Shown here one piece after another: positions 47,241-59,725 of a stretch of 64,000 nt of DNA (the first letter of the stretch is position 1; every line of letters begins with the position of its first letter). This DNA is from Cyanophora paradoxa CCMP329 (Eukaryota; Plantae; Glaucophyta): assembly GCA_004431415.1 (NCBI GenBank), contig QPMI01000444.1, forward strand, positions 1 through 64,000. Reading direction: 5' to 3'. A model generated the notes under the pieces. That model did no database searches and was not told where the DNA came from. It saw nothing but the letters and a program-made list of their open reading frames with translations. Both the position numbers and the translations under genes were made by a program.

Positions 47241-50200
47241 TCAGCGCTCGGCGGCGGCGGCCTCGCCCGGTCCCGGGGGGGCCACCATGCGCGCCCTGCG
47301 CGCGCCCCGTCTCAGGAAGAGCAAGCATTCGAAGGCTTGAAGCCCGAATTCTTCAGGGGGTGCGGACCGCCCGAAGTGGCTGATGCGGACCGAGCAGGGG
47401 GCCCGCTGCACCCACGCCTCCCCGTCCGCCTGCCCGACTCGCTGGCTCACTGGGGGGAAATCTGAAGGAGGCCGGGGGCGCGCGGGGGGCGGGCCTGGAG
47501 GGCGGCGGGACCGCAGAAGGAAGCTGCGAGGGAGATCGAGGTGCCCTGCCCGGCGGGCGGTCAGGCGGGGCGCCGGCTGGGCGGAGTGACTCCCGGCCGC
47601 CCCAGCCCCGGGCCCTCACCTGAGCGAGGCGGATGGCGTGCTTGAGGCGCATGTGCGCCAGCGCCTGCCGACAAGGTCAGAGGAAGGGGGCGGGAAAGGG
47701 GCGGGGCGGGGCGGGGCGGGGCGCGCCAGATGGACGGGGCCCAGCAGGGCGACTACCTCGAAGATGCCGTCCCCGATCTCAGCCGGCCGCAGCCGCCGCC
47801 GCGGGGGCGGCGGGGGCGGCGGGGGCGGCGGAGGCGCCGCCGAGGGTCCCGCGGGGGCCCCGAGGGGCCGGCGGAGGGCGGGCGGGCGGGGGCTGGGCGG
47901 GGCTCCAGAGGGCGGGCGGGGCGGGGGCCGGGGCCGGCGGCGCCGTCGGGGCCCTCCCCCTCGCTGCACTCCGAGCTGCAGCTGGCCCCGGCGGGGCGGC
48001 GTCCTGCGGGCCCGCGTGGGCGCCCCGCCCCGCCCCGCCCCGGCGCGGTGAGGCGGGCGGGAGGCTGGCGCACGCGTAGGGCCGGGCGGGGGCGGCGGGG
48101 CCTGCTCGGGGGCCGCCGCCGCGTCCACAGGTCGAGCCCCGCCGCGTACGACGGGCTGCGCCGGCGGCGTCGGCGTCGGCCCGGGAGCTAGATTCGATTC
48201 GATCCCTATGGCGAAGGGATGCGGGGCGGGGCGCACATGTTGCAGATGACGAGGGCCCCGGTGGCCGGCGGCACGGCGACCGGGCGGCCGTCCACGCTGC
48301 GCGGCGGCGGGGAGGTGGTGTTGGGGCGGGAGGCCGGAGGGGGCCGGCGGAGGGGCGGAGGGGCTCGCCTCAGCGTCAGGAAGGAGCCGAGCTGCGTGGG
48401 GCAGCGCTGCGAGCGCACCCGGCCGGGGCGCGCCGGCCGGGCCGCGCCGGAGCCGGCCCCTCCCCCGTCCCCCTCCGAGTCCCCCTCGTAGTCGACGCCG
48501 GCGGCGGTGGCGCCGCAGGGCGCCGGCGGGGGCGTCGGCGCCAGGATGCCGCGGATTCCGTAGTGGATGTACCTGAAGGCACGGTGATGGATTGGGGGAG
48601 GGGGGGGGGGGGAAAGGAGGGTGGGTACGCGAGCTTGTTGAAGAAGCGGGTGGACATGAGCCCGGGCTGCCGCTCCCGCAGGGCGTGGAAGTCCAGCGTC
48701 ACCTGTACCCCGGGGGGGTGAGCCGGGGGGGCGGGGGCGACCCGCGCGGGCTGCCGAGCCTGAGCGTCGAAGCCTGCGCAAAGGTCGCTTCATCGCCGGC
48801 GCGGGGACGGGCGGGGTACACACCGATGCTGAAGTAGTTCTGGAAGACCCGCCTGGAGAGCAGAGACGTCGGCGGGGGTACCGGGGGCTCGCGGGGTACG
48901 GGTCGGGGTACCGAACGGGGTTCGCGGGGGCCGGGGCGAGCGAGTCCGATTCCACGAGCCAACTGAGGGGCACATGGTATTGAGCTGGCGCGAGGGTACT
49001 GCGGAGGTCAGGGGTGCGGCACGGCACCGGTCGAGGGGTACGAGGTTCTTCGAGAGCGATGCCAGGCGCGCCTTGCGGACCACGTCGCGGACCTAAACGG
49101 GTACAGGTTTCAAACGGGGTAGGCGGAGCGGGCTTTGGCGGGGGAGGAAGGGGGGGCTACCGTACTGCAGGTAGTACCCCAGCCAAGAACCTGGAGTAGC
49201 GGCGCGCGGCGTCGGCCCGCGAGCTCGCGGGGGGCGATGGTGCAGGCTAGAGGGGGCCGGGGGGGCGCGCCCGCGCGAGGTCGTTGCCTGTACCCAGAGG
49301 GATCGGAGCCACCTGGCGGGCGCAGGCCAGCAAGTCAGCACAGGCGGTGGGAGGGTCGGTGCGGCGCGGGCGGGCATCGCACGGGGTAGCGGGCGCGGCG
49401 GGGACGCAGCGAGTCGACCAGCTGGTTCATCCAGGCGACCGAGCTGCGCGCGCGGGGCGGGCGGGCGCGCGTGGGCGCGCCGGCGGCGGGCGGCGCGGGA
49501 GGAGGCGCGGGGGCGGGCGCGCCCGTCGCCGCCGCAGACGACGACGCGGAGGCCGTCCACGTGCCGCAGCGCATCGAGCCTGCCGCGAGGAGGGGCGCGA
49601 GCGGTCAAAGCAGAGGCCAGGGGGATTGAAGTCGTGTCGAAGTCAAGAGAGAGGCGGTCGTGGGCGGCTCACCCCGGGGCGGGCGGCGGCACGGGGACCG
49701 CCGAAGACGACCCCTCGCCATCGTGGGCCTGCAGCAGCCGCGCGCGGGGGTCGTCCCGCGGCGGCGCCGGCGGCAGCCCGGCGTCCGGCTCGCGGTCCTT
49801 CGCGCGGTTCCCGCGAAACTCAGCGCGGGGCACGGAGAGCTGCGCTGTCGCTCGCCCGGGCGCACGAACGCGAGGCGGGGGCCGCCCGGGCCGAGGATGA
49901 AGATCTGCGTCACGAAGGGGAGCTCGCTCTGCGAGGGCGGTGAGAGGCCGCGCGGATCGAAGGGAAGCGGGGCACAGGAAAGCACCAGAGCGAGGAGAGC
50001 CTCCTCGCCTGCGCGGTTCCCGCTCCGATAGTTCACGAACGCGGCAATCGGGGCGTACTCGGCCGGAGCCGCGCGGGGCGCTGTGGGCGAGGACGCGTCA
50101 CGCGCGCGCAAAGTTTCACGCGAACGCATTGCACGCGAACTTGGCGCGGTCGCGGACGCGACCTCGGGGCGGCGCGCGGGACGACGCACCGAACTCGACG

Positions 50201-50426
50201 AGCTCCACGGGGCGGATCTTAATGCGAGAGAGCGCGACACCCTGCGCATTTGCAACCTTCTTTCTCGACCGCTTCCGCCTGAAAACACGCCGCACTGCGA
50301 GGCATCTGAGTTTTGGTTGGCGCCAAGGCTCGGGGGCGGGTGCTCACGCCAGGTGCACGAGCAGCACTTCGCCTTCCTCTGTGCGTCGATTTCCTGCTCG
50401 CGGGAGGCCGCGCGGACCGACTCCAT
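47241..50426 (-). CDS. Multi-exon diacylglycerol kinase (catalytic + accessory domain; no C1 domains seen)
   Basis: AAFVNYRSG; LRVVVCGGDGSVAW; PLGTGNDLARVLGWG; FQNYFSIG; LDFHALRE; GDGIFEVVAL; AIRLAQ; QADGEAW; start ATG tentative. Confidence 0.88.
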
Positions 50427-50478
50427 GCTTGTACACCGTACCCGGGGCGCCCGGCAAAAAAAGAAGGCGCTCGTTGGG

Positions 50479-53400
50479 ATGGCCGCCACGAGGCAGAGCA
50501 GATCAGCGACCTATCCCTCGAGGAATGAGCCGCCACAACCAGCGCCCCAAGACGAGGAAATAGGGCAGAGCGTTGTCACGGTGCTAAAACCGGCCAGTTC
50601 GCGCCGGCCAGCCGGCTGAGCGCCTCGCCCTCGCAGGTTGTGCGCATTAGGAAAGCGTTTGCTCAAAGAGGAGAGGTAAAGGCGCTCGGCGTCAAGGAGA
50701 ACAGGAAGACCGTCCAGGTGCCAGCGCCCCTGCGAGCCCCCAGCGCCGCTACTAGCTGCATCCCATTCTTAGCTATGCTAGTCTCCGGACCCTGCGCCCG
50801 CCCCCTCTCCGCCCACCCGGCGGCCGACTCGCCCGCATCCGGACACAGATCACCGCCCCGAACGCACGGGATGGCAAGCTTGGGATCGAGCGGGCGTACT
50901 CCTTTGACGCGGCGTTCGAGGAGTCGACGACCCAGCAGGAGTTCTTCGACAACTGCGGCATCAAGGACCTCCTGCGGGCGGCGCTCGACGGGTTAGCCGC
51001 GGGGCCCCCGCCGCCTCCCCGCGCGCCCCCGACGCCGCGTACGCACCCGCAGGTACTCCGTGACGGCCTTCGCGTACGGGCAGACCGGCAGCGGCAAGAC
51101 GTACACGATGTCGGGTCCGCCCATTGGCCCCGGGCCTCCCCGGCGCCGCCGCCGCCCGGCGCCTCCGTAGCGCTGCCTTCTGATCGCCTCTTCGCTCCTT
51201 TTCCTTCCTTCCCCGCTCCTTTGTCAGGGCTGGAGGAGGTCGCCGGTGCGCCCCGCGACCCGCCCGCCCCGCCCCGCCGCCCGCCCGCCCCCGCCGCCCG
51301 CCGGCCCGAGCCGCCGCCGACGCGCCGGGGGGCAGGGTACACGCCGCGGATGGCGAAGGGGGACGAGACGGCGGGGCTCATCCCGCGCTCGATCCGGTAC
51401 CTCTTCAAGCACATCAACAACCGGCCCAGCGTCCGCTACACCGTCCGCGCCGCCTACATCGAGATCGCCAACGAGCAGGCGCGCCCCGCCGCCCCGCCCG
51501 GCCCCGCCCTTTCCCCCCTCGCCTCTCTGACCGGCCCCGCCCTTTCCCCCCTCGCCTCTCTGACCGGCCCCGCCCGCCCCCCCAGGTGTTCGACCTGCTG
51601 CAGATGAACGGGGAGACGCTCCCCGTCCGGTGGGACGTGTACCAGGCGCGCTCGCTCGCGGGGGCGGGCCGCGGGGCGCCCTCCCCGCTCCCCCTCTGAC
51701 CCCTTCGCTGCGCGGCGCGCAGGGCTTCTTCGTGGACAACCTGCTGAACGTGCCGTGCCGGGGCCAGGAGGACGTCCTCCGCGTCTTCCACGAGGGTCCG
51801 CTGTCCCGCGCCGCGCCGCGCCGCGCCGGGCGAAGCTGAGGCGGGGGCGCAGGGGCGAGGAACCGGAAGATCGGGAGCCACGCGATGAACACGGACTCGT
51901 CCCGCTCCCACTCCATGATGTTCCTCTGGCTCGACGCCGAGTTCGAGGCCCGCCCCGCCCCGCCCCGGGGCCCACGCCCCGCCCCAACGAGCTGCGCTTG
52001 GGGCTGACGGGGTCCGGCGCGCAGGACCCCGAGACGGGCGCGACGTGCTACACCCACGGCAAGGTCAGCGCCCGGCGGCGGTGGGCGCCCGGGGCTGGAG
52101 CGGGCTAGATGCGGGGTTGAGGAGGGGCCGGCCGGCTAGCCGGCCAGCGCACGGCGGCGCCGCGCCCCCATCCGTCGCCTCCGCTGACGCTCGGGCGGCC
52201 AGGTGTCGTTCGTGGACCTGGCGGGGAGCGAGCGGCTGCACAAGACCAAGTCGACGGGCGCCGCCATCCGCGACACCGGCTACATCAACAAGTCCCTCTT
52301 CACCCTCGGTGCCCGCTTCTGGGCCGGGCCGGCGCGGGCAGGGCGGTCCGGTCCCTAAGCCCCGGGGCGCGCAGGCAAGGTGATCACGGCGCTCTTCAGG
52401 AAGGACCGCGTGCGGCAGCGCACCGGCGGCATGCAGGTCCGCCCGCCCGCCCGTCTGTGGCCAGCGGCGCCGGCCCGCCCGTCCCCCCTGGCCCCCGCCT
52501 GAGCGGGGGGGGGCAGGACGGGGGCTTCGTGCCGTACCGGGACTCGAAGCTGACGAAGCTCCTCTCCGACTCCCTCGGCGGCGCCGGCATGGCCCTCATG
52601 GTCCGCGGGGGCCGCCCCGGCCCCGGGGTCCGCACCGGCCGGCGGGGTGCGACGGGGCGGCAGATCGCGTGCTGCTCGCCGGCGGCGGACCACCTGGACG
52701 AGACGCTGAACACCCTGCAGTACGCCAGCCGCGCCGCCCACATCAAGGTGCCCGGGGGCGGGGGCGCGGGAGGGCGGCCTGTGGGGCCTGGGCTGACGGG
52801 GGCGCGGGGCAGAACACGCCGCAGATGTGGTCGGAGACGGGGGGGGCGGGGGGCCGGCAGGACGAGGTGCTGCGGCAGGAGAACGAGCGGCTGAAGGCCG
52901 AGGTCGCCCAGCTCCGCAAGCGCCTCGCCGCCACCTCCAGGGCCCGCCCCCCCGCCCGCCCCGCCCCGGGCCGCCCCGCCCCGCCGCTGAGGGGCCGGCC
53001 TGGCGCGGCGCGGAGCGCAGACGCTGGAGGAGGTGCAGCGGTCGACGACGGGCTCGCTGCCGCGCACCGCCCTCGAGGACGCCCTCTCCGTCGCCGTCGA
53101 GGTCAGATGCGCTCGCGGCGCGGCGGGGCCGGGGCGAGGACCGGGCCGAGCCGGGTCGCTGCGCAGGTGGGGGCGGGCGGGCGGACGGCGGGGGCGGGCG
53201 GGCGGAACTCGCTGCCGCAGCTGCCGGAGACGGCCTCCACGACGACCGCCTCGAGCGCCGGCGGCAGCCGCGCAGGCTCCGGCGGCTCCATGTCCTTCAA
53301 GTGCGCCCCAGCTCGAATCTTTCTTGTGCTGCGCTTCGCCCGCTTGCTCACGCGCGCCTCGCCCGCGAGCAGCAAGGTGAAGCTTGTGAGCGGCATCCCC

Positions 53401-54255
53401 GTCGCCGGCGCCCATGTGCCCCCGCAGGGCAACACCCACCTCCCCTCCCTCCAGCAGCGCCCCAAGTGCGGCCCCGCGCGCCCTGGCCCCCCGTTCCCCT
53501 TCGCGGCTGAGGCGCCCCGCGCGCTCGCGCGCGCCCTCGATCGCAGCGGGCGCGTCCTCCCCCCGCAGTCCGCCGAGTCCCAGCCCCTCTCCTACGCGGC
53601 GGGGGCCCCCTTCCAGCGCCCCCCCGGGGACCCCTCCGGGCCCCGCGGCATCGGCGGCGCCCCTGCGACGGCGATGGCCTCGGGCCCCCGGGGGCAGGGC
53701 GCGGGGCCGCCGGCGGCGAGCCCGCTGGTCCGCAACTCGTACTCGGCGGCAGTCTACACCTCCATGGCCTCCATCGTGCCCCACGAGCCGGCCGTCCCCG
53801 CCCCGGGGCCCCCGCCCCGCCAGCCGCAAGGCCAGCAGCAGCAGCAGGCGGGCGGCGAGCGGCCGCTGCAGGGCAGCTCCCGGCCCGTGCGGGCCCCGCC
53901 CTCCTCGGACCCCGGCAGGCAACCGCAGGCCTCGGGCTCGGGCGCCGGCGCGGGGCCCTCGGGAGCCCCCGTTGGCGCCGGGACGGGCCTCGTGGGGAGT
54001 GGCCTCATCGGGGCGTCTCGGGCGGCGGGGGCGGCCGGCGGGGGCGCCGCGCAGCCCGTCCTCTGGGACCGCACCGAGGTCCGCCGCCGCGCGTCGCGCA
54101 GCGCACTGCGGGACCGGGGCGCGCCGTGAGGCCCCTCCCCGCAGGTGGTGAAGCATCTGCAGAAGGCGTGCCGGATCCTGAACGACTACATCTCAGAGAA
54201 CTCGCGCCTCCTGAAGGAGACCGAGGCGCTCATGGGCCTCACCACCAAGCGCTGA
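50479..54255 (+). CDS. Multi-exon kinesin, KIF12/kinesin-16-like
   Basis: YSFDAAF; [35 protein letters not shown]; [13 protein letters not shown]; [16 protein letters not shown]; NTDSSRSH; [13 protein letters not shown]; [18 protein letters not shown]; [12 protein letters not shown]; coiled coil; TGA at 54255. Confidence 0.93.
51501..51572 (+). repeat. 33-bp tandem duplication inside a kinesin intron, duplicating the branch point
   Basis: GCCCCGCCCTTTCCCCCCTCGCCTCTCTGACCG occurs twice. Confidence 0.9.
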
Positions 54256-54866
54256 GGCTGGCGGGTACGGGCGGGGGCGGGGGCGCCCCGCTGTCCAGAG
54301 CGGGCGGCGCCCCCTGTTGCGAGTGTAAATTCTGATGAATCATGAACAGTGCATCTCCGGCGCGCCCTGAGTGGGCCAGGTGCACATGCACGGCCACGTG
54401 CGGGGAGCTGCATGCAAGTGCAGGAGGAGGATCAGCGGCGCAAGCTCGAGCTCAGCGAACTCCGGAGCAATTCAAATTTAGAGCTGGGGGGTAGGCAGTT
54501 TTTGGGGGTAGGCGACTTTGCCCGCTCCTGCACGTTAGGGGGCGAGCGGGACGTGCACCAACGTTCTCTGTAGCGTTGTGTGCAACACGTGGCAGTCGGA
54601 GCCGACGTTCGTCCGCAACGCAACGCTCGCGTACTGTCCCGACCGCCCTTGAGCTCTAATCAACGTTCGCCGTACGCGTGCGCGCGAAGCTCGGCGCCGC
54701 GGCCGGCTCCCGGCATCGTCGGACCGGCCGCGGACGCAACAGTCGGACCGGACGCAACGGCGCCAACTGAGCGGCGCCAAGCTTATGCCAGGTTCAGCCC
54801 CAAGCTGATCATCGCACAGCCGCGCCTTCGGCGCTCGCGTGAGAGCTCGAGGTTGCCCGCGCCCGG

Positions 54867-57800
54867 ATGAGGCGCAACGTGCGCACGAAACATGTACAGG
54901 ACCCCGAAGCATGCGCGGAACCGGAGGTGCTCGAGCTGGAGGCCGAGGCCGCGCAGCTCGGCGACGACCGCCAGATCATGACCGCCTTCGGTGCGCCCGA
55001 TCCCTTCCTTCACTTTCGGCGCATGCGCACTCGATCGAAGCGGCCGCGCGCCGACGTGTCGCGCGCGCAGCGAACCTCGAACTGGCGCAGATACACGACG
55101 CTGTGAAGAGCCTGGATGTCGCCTTCGATGTGCGCCCCGCCGCCGCGGTCCCTAGCGCTCCACGCCGTGCGCCCTTCTCATCGAGCGGGATCGCAGGCTC
55201 TGCGAATAAACGACGGCGGGGAGCCTCCCGCCGCCGGCGGGCCGCGGCCCGCGCCGCCCCAGCCAGCCCCTCCTCCTGCCGGGCAACCGAGTCTTCCATC
55301 GCGCCCGGATCCCGCGCTCCAAGCCCTCGCCGATCTTCTAGCTGGCGCCACGACGCAGCAGGTCGCGAAACCGCAGCTGGCTCGCTTCGGCCGCCTGACG
55401 CAGCGCAGGGGCTCCCTCCGTACCGGGTGCTTCCGAGCGAGGCCGAGCGGCTGGTCGAGGAAGTCGAGGGGATGGCGGATAGTCTGCGGCGAGCGACGGC
55501 CCCCGACGTGCCTGCGGCGGCCGCCCGCCTCGCGCTTGTGCGTTCGGAGCCATCGATATCGCGCCTCCCAGAGCAGTCTCACGCCTGCCGCAGGCTCTCT
55601 CCGACGCGCGGCTCTGCGGAACCAGTCTCTACCAGACCTTCGCTGGCCGCTGGCGCCTCCGGACCTGCTTCGGGGCGCTGCGCATCAGGGCCGGGCACAC
55701 CGGCTGCCGCCTGGTGCGCGCTCTCTACGAACGCCGCACCACGCACGGCTCCAGCCGTTCATGCCGCGCGTCTCTGCGCAGGTTTGGGCCGAGGTCCGGC
55801 GTGTCGCACGGGCGCTCATGCGGCCCCTTCCGCTCCCCGAAGAATGCACGGAGCACGCTGTGTACGCTCGGGCTCGCTTTCTTGTGCGTCCTGAATTCCG
55901 AAACGCGCTCTCAGGAGGGAAGAGGACGTCGAGACCCTCGCGCGGCACGCTCTTGCTTTCGTGGAGGTGCCGGCGCCCAGCTCGCGATCGCTCGCTCCCG
56001 GCCCCGACCCGCGCCTTTTCCCGTTGTCCTCTCAGGCGGCCACGTCGAACGGGGAGCGCCCGGACGACGCGCACCACTTCGAGATCGACTTCGCCCTGGC
56101 GGAGCGCCTGGCGACCTACGTGGACGACCTCTCGATGCCCTTCGTCGCCTCGCCGCGCCCGACGCGCGCCCTGGCCCTCTTCCTGCGCGCCTTCGTCCTC
56201 CGCGTCTTCGACCGGCGGCACGCCGCCATCGAGCTCCTCTACGAGGTCCCCTCTCTTTCACTCCAACTCCCTCTCCACACCGTTACCCTCGCTTTTCGCT
56301 GGCGCGCTCCGCCGACCCCGGCCCCTTCCTGCACAGGCGTGGAGCGAGCTGCGCCGGAAGCAACTAACGCCCAGCGCGCTGGAAGCGCGCATCGTGCCGA
56401 TTCTCGCGCAGACGCTGTTCAACACGCAACAGTTTCGCGCCGGAAGGGCAGGTGTGCAGACCGAATCGACGCGCCCCGGCCCGGCCCCTTTCGCTTTGCC
56501 GCGTTTTTTCACGCTGGAAAGCAGTCGCGCAAGCGGCGTATGCCGTGATGTGCGATACGAAGGAGGAGACCGAGCTGTCGAGGTTCAGACTCGAGCGAGT
56601 CTCCAGTGCGGCCGCCGCGCGCGCGCGCAGCCGGCGGTCGCGGCCGCCGCCCTGAACTCGAGCCGGCGGCAGTGGACGCGCGGCGTTGGATCGGCGACAA
56701 GGGCGCGGCGAGGCGGCACGCGCGGGCGATGAAGGAAGTCGCCGAGAGGCTCGCTCCTGACTTATGGTTTGCTCCCAATTCAGCCCTATAGCTAGCTATA
56801 TAGGCGGATGCATCGCCGAGCGCCGACGCGGCGCCGCAGGGAGCTGAGGGCGTGGGCGGCCTTCGAGTCGGCGGTCGTGGCGGTCCTGTCCGGCAGCGCG
56901 CGCGAGAGCTACACGAACGGCACCCGCTGCGCCGCGCTGCTCGTGCAGCACTGCGACCCGGGGGCCCCGCACCCCGCCGACCCGACCGCCCCCTCCGGCG
57001 ACCCCCTCTCCTTCTTCCGCTACTCCCTCGCCTTGGTGCGCCCCTCGAGCCCGGCGCCCCGCCGCGCCGAGGCCGACGGCCCGGGGGCAGCTCTCCCCCG
57101 GCTTCGTCGCCCTGGAGGCCAAGATCGGCGCCTCCGCGCTCCAGGTGCCCCGGCCCGCGCCGCGCATGCGGCCGGGGCGCGAACCCGAACTCAGCCCGCC
57201 TCGCAGCGAGTGGGCGGCGAGCGCACGCCCGTCGTAGCGCACGCCTTCTACCAGCTCGCCGAGTACCAGCTCGCCGCCGGTTCGAATCGAGTGAGAGTCG
57301 CGTCTCCGACTGCAGCCTGACGCGCGCGCGCGGGGCGCGCAGGGGACCGAGCGGCGGCGCAGCGGTCCCTCGAGAAGTGCGTCGCCGCCTACACGGGGCC
57401 CTTCGAGTTCCTGTATCCCCCCGAGCACCCACGGCGCCGGCGCGCGGAGGAGGCGCTGGGGGCGCTGCGGGCGGGGCGGCCGCCCTCCGTCCGCTACGCC
57501 GAATTTCTACCCTCGACGGGGGCGGGGGCGCGGGCCCCCGCCGCCGCCCCCGCCGCCGCCGCCGCCGCCGTGCCCCCCGCCGTCCTCGCCAGCGTCAAGC
57601 GCTCCGGCGTCTTCGCCCGCCTTTTCCTCTCGCGGCGCGCCAAGGCGCTACAGCCGGAGCCGGAGGACCAGGCCGGCGGCGCGCCCGCCGACGAGCTCTC
57701 TCCGCTTTCTCCGGAGGTCGCCGCCGCGTTCCAGCGTGCAGAGACGGATCCCGATGCGGGGGAGCGCCCGGCGACTCCGGGACAAGATCGGGGCGTCGGC

Positions 57801-58664
57801 GTCGGCGCCGGGTTCGTGGGGGTGCGGGCCCCCCCTCCGCCCCTCTCACCTCCTCCCGCGCGCAGCTTCCCCTCCTCTGCCGAGCCGCCCCCGCAGCGGC
57901 CCCCTGGGGGGGTCCCCAGATTCCCCCCTGCGGCCCCAGGCCACGGCCCCACGCCCCCTTCGAATTCCTTCTACCTCGTCGACCCCGACGCGCCCGGGAT
58001 GGCCCCGCACCAGCCGAACCCCGTACCCCCGCCTCCCCCTCCGCTCGATGGCCCGCCGGACCCGGTAGCTGGCGCCGCCTTCCTGGAAGCCCTGGACCCT
58101 TCGGCAGGCGAGCTGGCGGGCGGGACCTCCTCAGCTGACCCCAGCAGTGCGGTCGTGCCGCCGCCGCTCCCTCCGCTGGACGGTCCCCTGGACCTGGCTG
58201 CCGCCGATCCGGGATTCCTCGAAGCCGTGTACCCCCTCCCAGGCGATTTCACGGGCGGGACCTCCCCGGCGGACCTGATCTTAGCGACCGCGGTTCCCCA
58301 GCCCGTACCCCCGCCGCTCCCTCCGCTCTACGGCCCGCTGGACCCAGCCGCAGCCCCCGGGTTTCTGGAAGCCCTGTACCCCTACCAAGGCGATCTGGCG
58401 GGCGGAGACGTAGGCTCTGTAGACTTGAACCCGGCGGCCGCAAATCCTTATCCGTACCCCGACGCTGGGCCCGACGCCGCCGCCAGCGACCGGCTCCCGT
58501 CCCTCGCCAAGGTTGTCCCCTTCCCTTCTGGCCTCGCACCCGGCCCAGCCAAGCCCCGAGCAACCCCCAAGGCCCCCGTCCAATCTCCTTCCGTGGAGCG
58601 GCCTCCAGCGTTAGAAGTCGCCTTTCCGATCTCCATCCGAGGCCGGCCTGCCGTTTCCCACTAG
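54867..58664 (+). CDS. Multi-exon hypothetical protein with helical N-terminal part and Pro-rich repeat C-terminus (start uncertain)
   Basis: Codon-biased exons (e.g. HHFEIDFALAERLATYVDDL, RELRAWAAFESAVVAVL) separated by typical introns; long last exon ends TAG at 58664. Confidence 0.65.
58011..58440 (+). repeat. Three diverged coding repeats of about 46-48 aa (PPPLPPLDGPLDxAA..FLEAxYP..GDLAGG)
   Basis: Visible in ORF 57570..58664. Confidence 0.85.
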
Positions 58665-59725
58665 CTTTTGAGCAGCATGCATATGCAGATCGCTCTTTTC
58701 TCTTTATTGGATGTCTGCTTTTGCTTTGGTCTTTAAATTGCTCAAGAAATGAGCCCCAGCGTCCTTTAGCGTCCCCAGCCCCCCAATTGTGAAGAGCCTC
58801 GGAGGCGAGCGATCTTCGGATATCGATATATATATCAATCGCGAGCTGCCAGGCTGTCTCGTAGATCTAGATAGAGGGAGGCTGCCGCACGGATTTAGAG
58901 CGCGAGGTTCGCCGCAAACACACGCGCAAGGGCTGCCACGTGCACGCGGCCCGGCGGTGCAGACGGAGCCGGTGAGGCAGCCGTGGAAGAGCGCCTTCGA
59001 ATTCGCCGCGCGAATTCGAATGATGGCCATGGGGGCGGCCCATGGGGGCGGCCCCCGGCTGCACACGCGCGAAGAGGCGGAGACGAGGCCTAGGCCGATG
59101 GGGTGGGGATATCGATGGAGCCCGGGCGCGCTATCGGCCGTCGCGATCGGGGGCCGAGTTGCAACTTGGCAAGTCTAACGGCGGCCGAGGCCGGCGCCGG
59201 CCGGGCGCCGCGGGGCGGCGGGCAGGGCTGACGGGCCCGCCGCGAAAGTCGCCGAGCGCGAGCCCGTCGTTGGACGGCGGGGCCTCGGTTGCTTCGAATT
59301 CCGGAATCAATCAATGAATCAATGTAACTGTGCATGCGCCCCGCGCGGGGCGCTGATCATGAGTGAATCGAAGGGGCAGCTGCAAACTCAGGTCCATTAA
59401 TTCAGGTCCACCCACCACTAGCAAGCAGTACTAGTGAGCCCAATTGCTGCTTGCTAGGGCGAGCTAGAGCCATTAATATTCCTGTCAACTTGGGCAAGCA
59501 GCTCAGTCCTGAGTCGAGAGGGGCCATATGCAGGTTCACTCCGGATCCCGGCCCCTCCCTTCACCTCCACCCTGGCCTCCACCTATAGATCTCGAGCTCA
59601 ATATTAATACGTTTGCTATGCATGCATGTACGTATGATATATATTTAGATCTTGAGGAGATCTATAGAAATTAAATATTAATCAGATCGAGATCTAGATC
59701 TGGAGCGGGTCCGGAGGGCTTCTAG

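Noticed and set aside
47-54255. Introner-type family of near-identical introns
   Set aside because: Introns share only low-complexity C-rich motifs and splice signals; I saw no extended sequence identity between different introns
59418-59470. Helitron 3' end (hairpin followed by CTAG)
   Set aside because: The CTAG is not followed by T, and no matching 5' TC terminus or Rep/helicase was recognised
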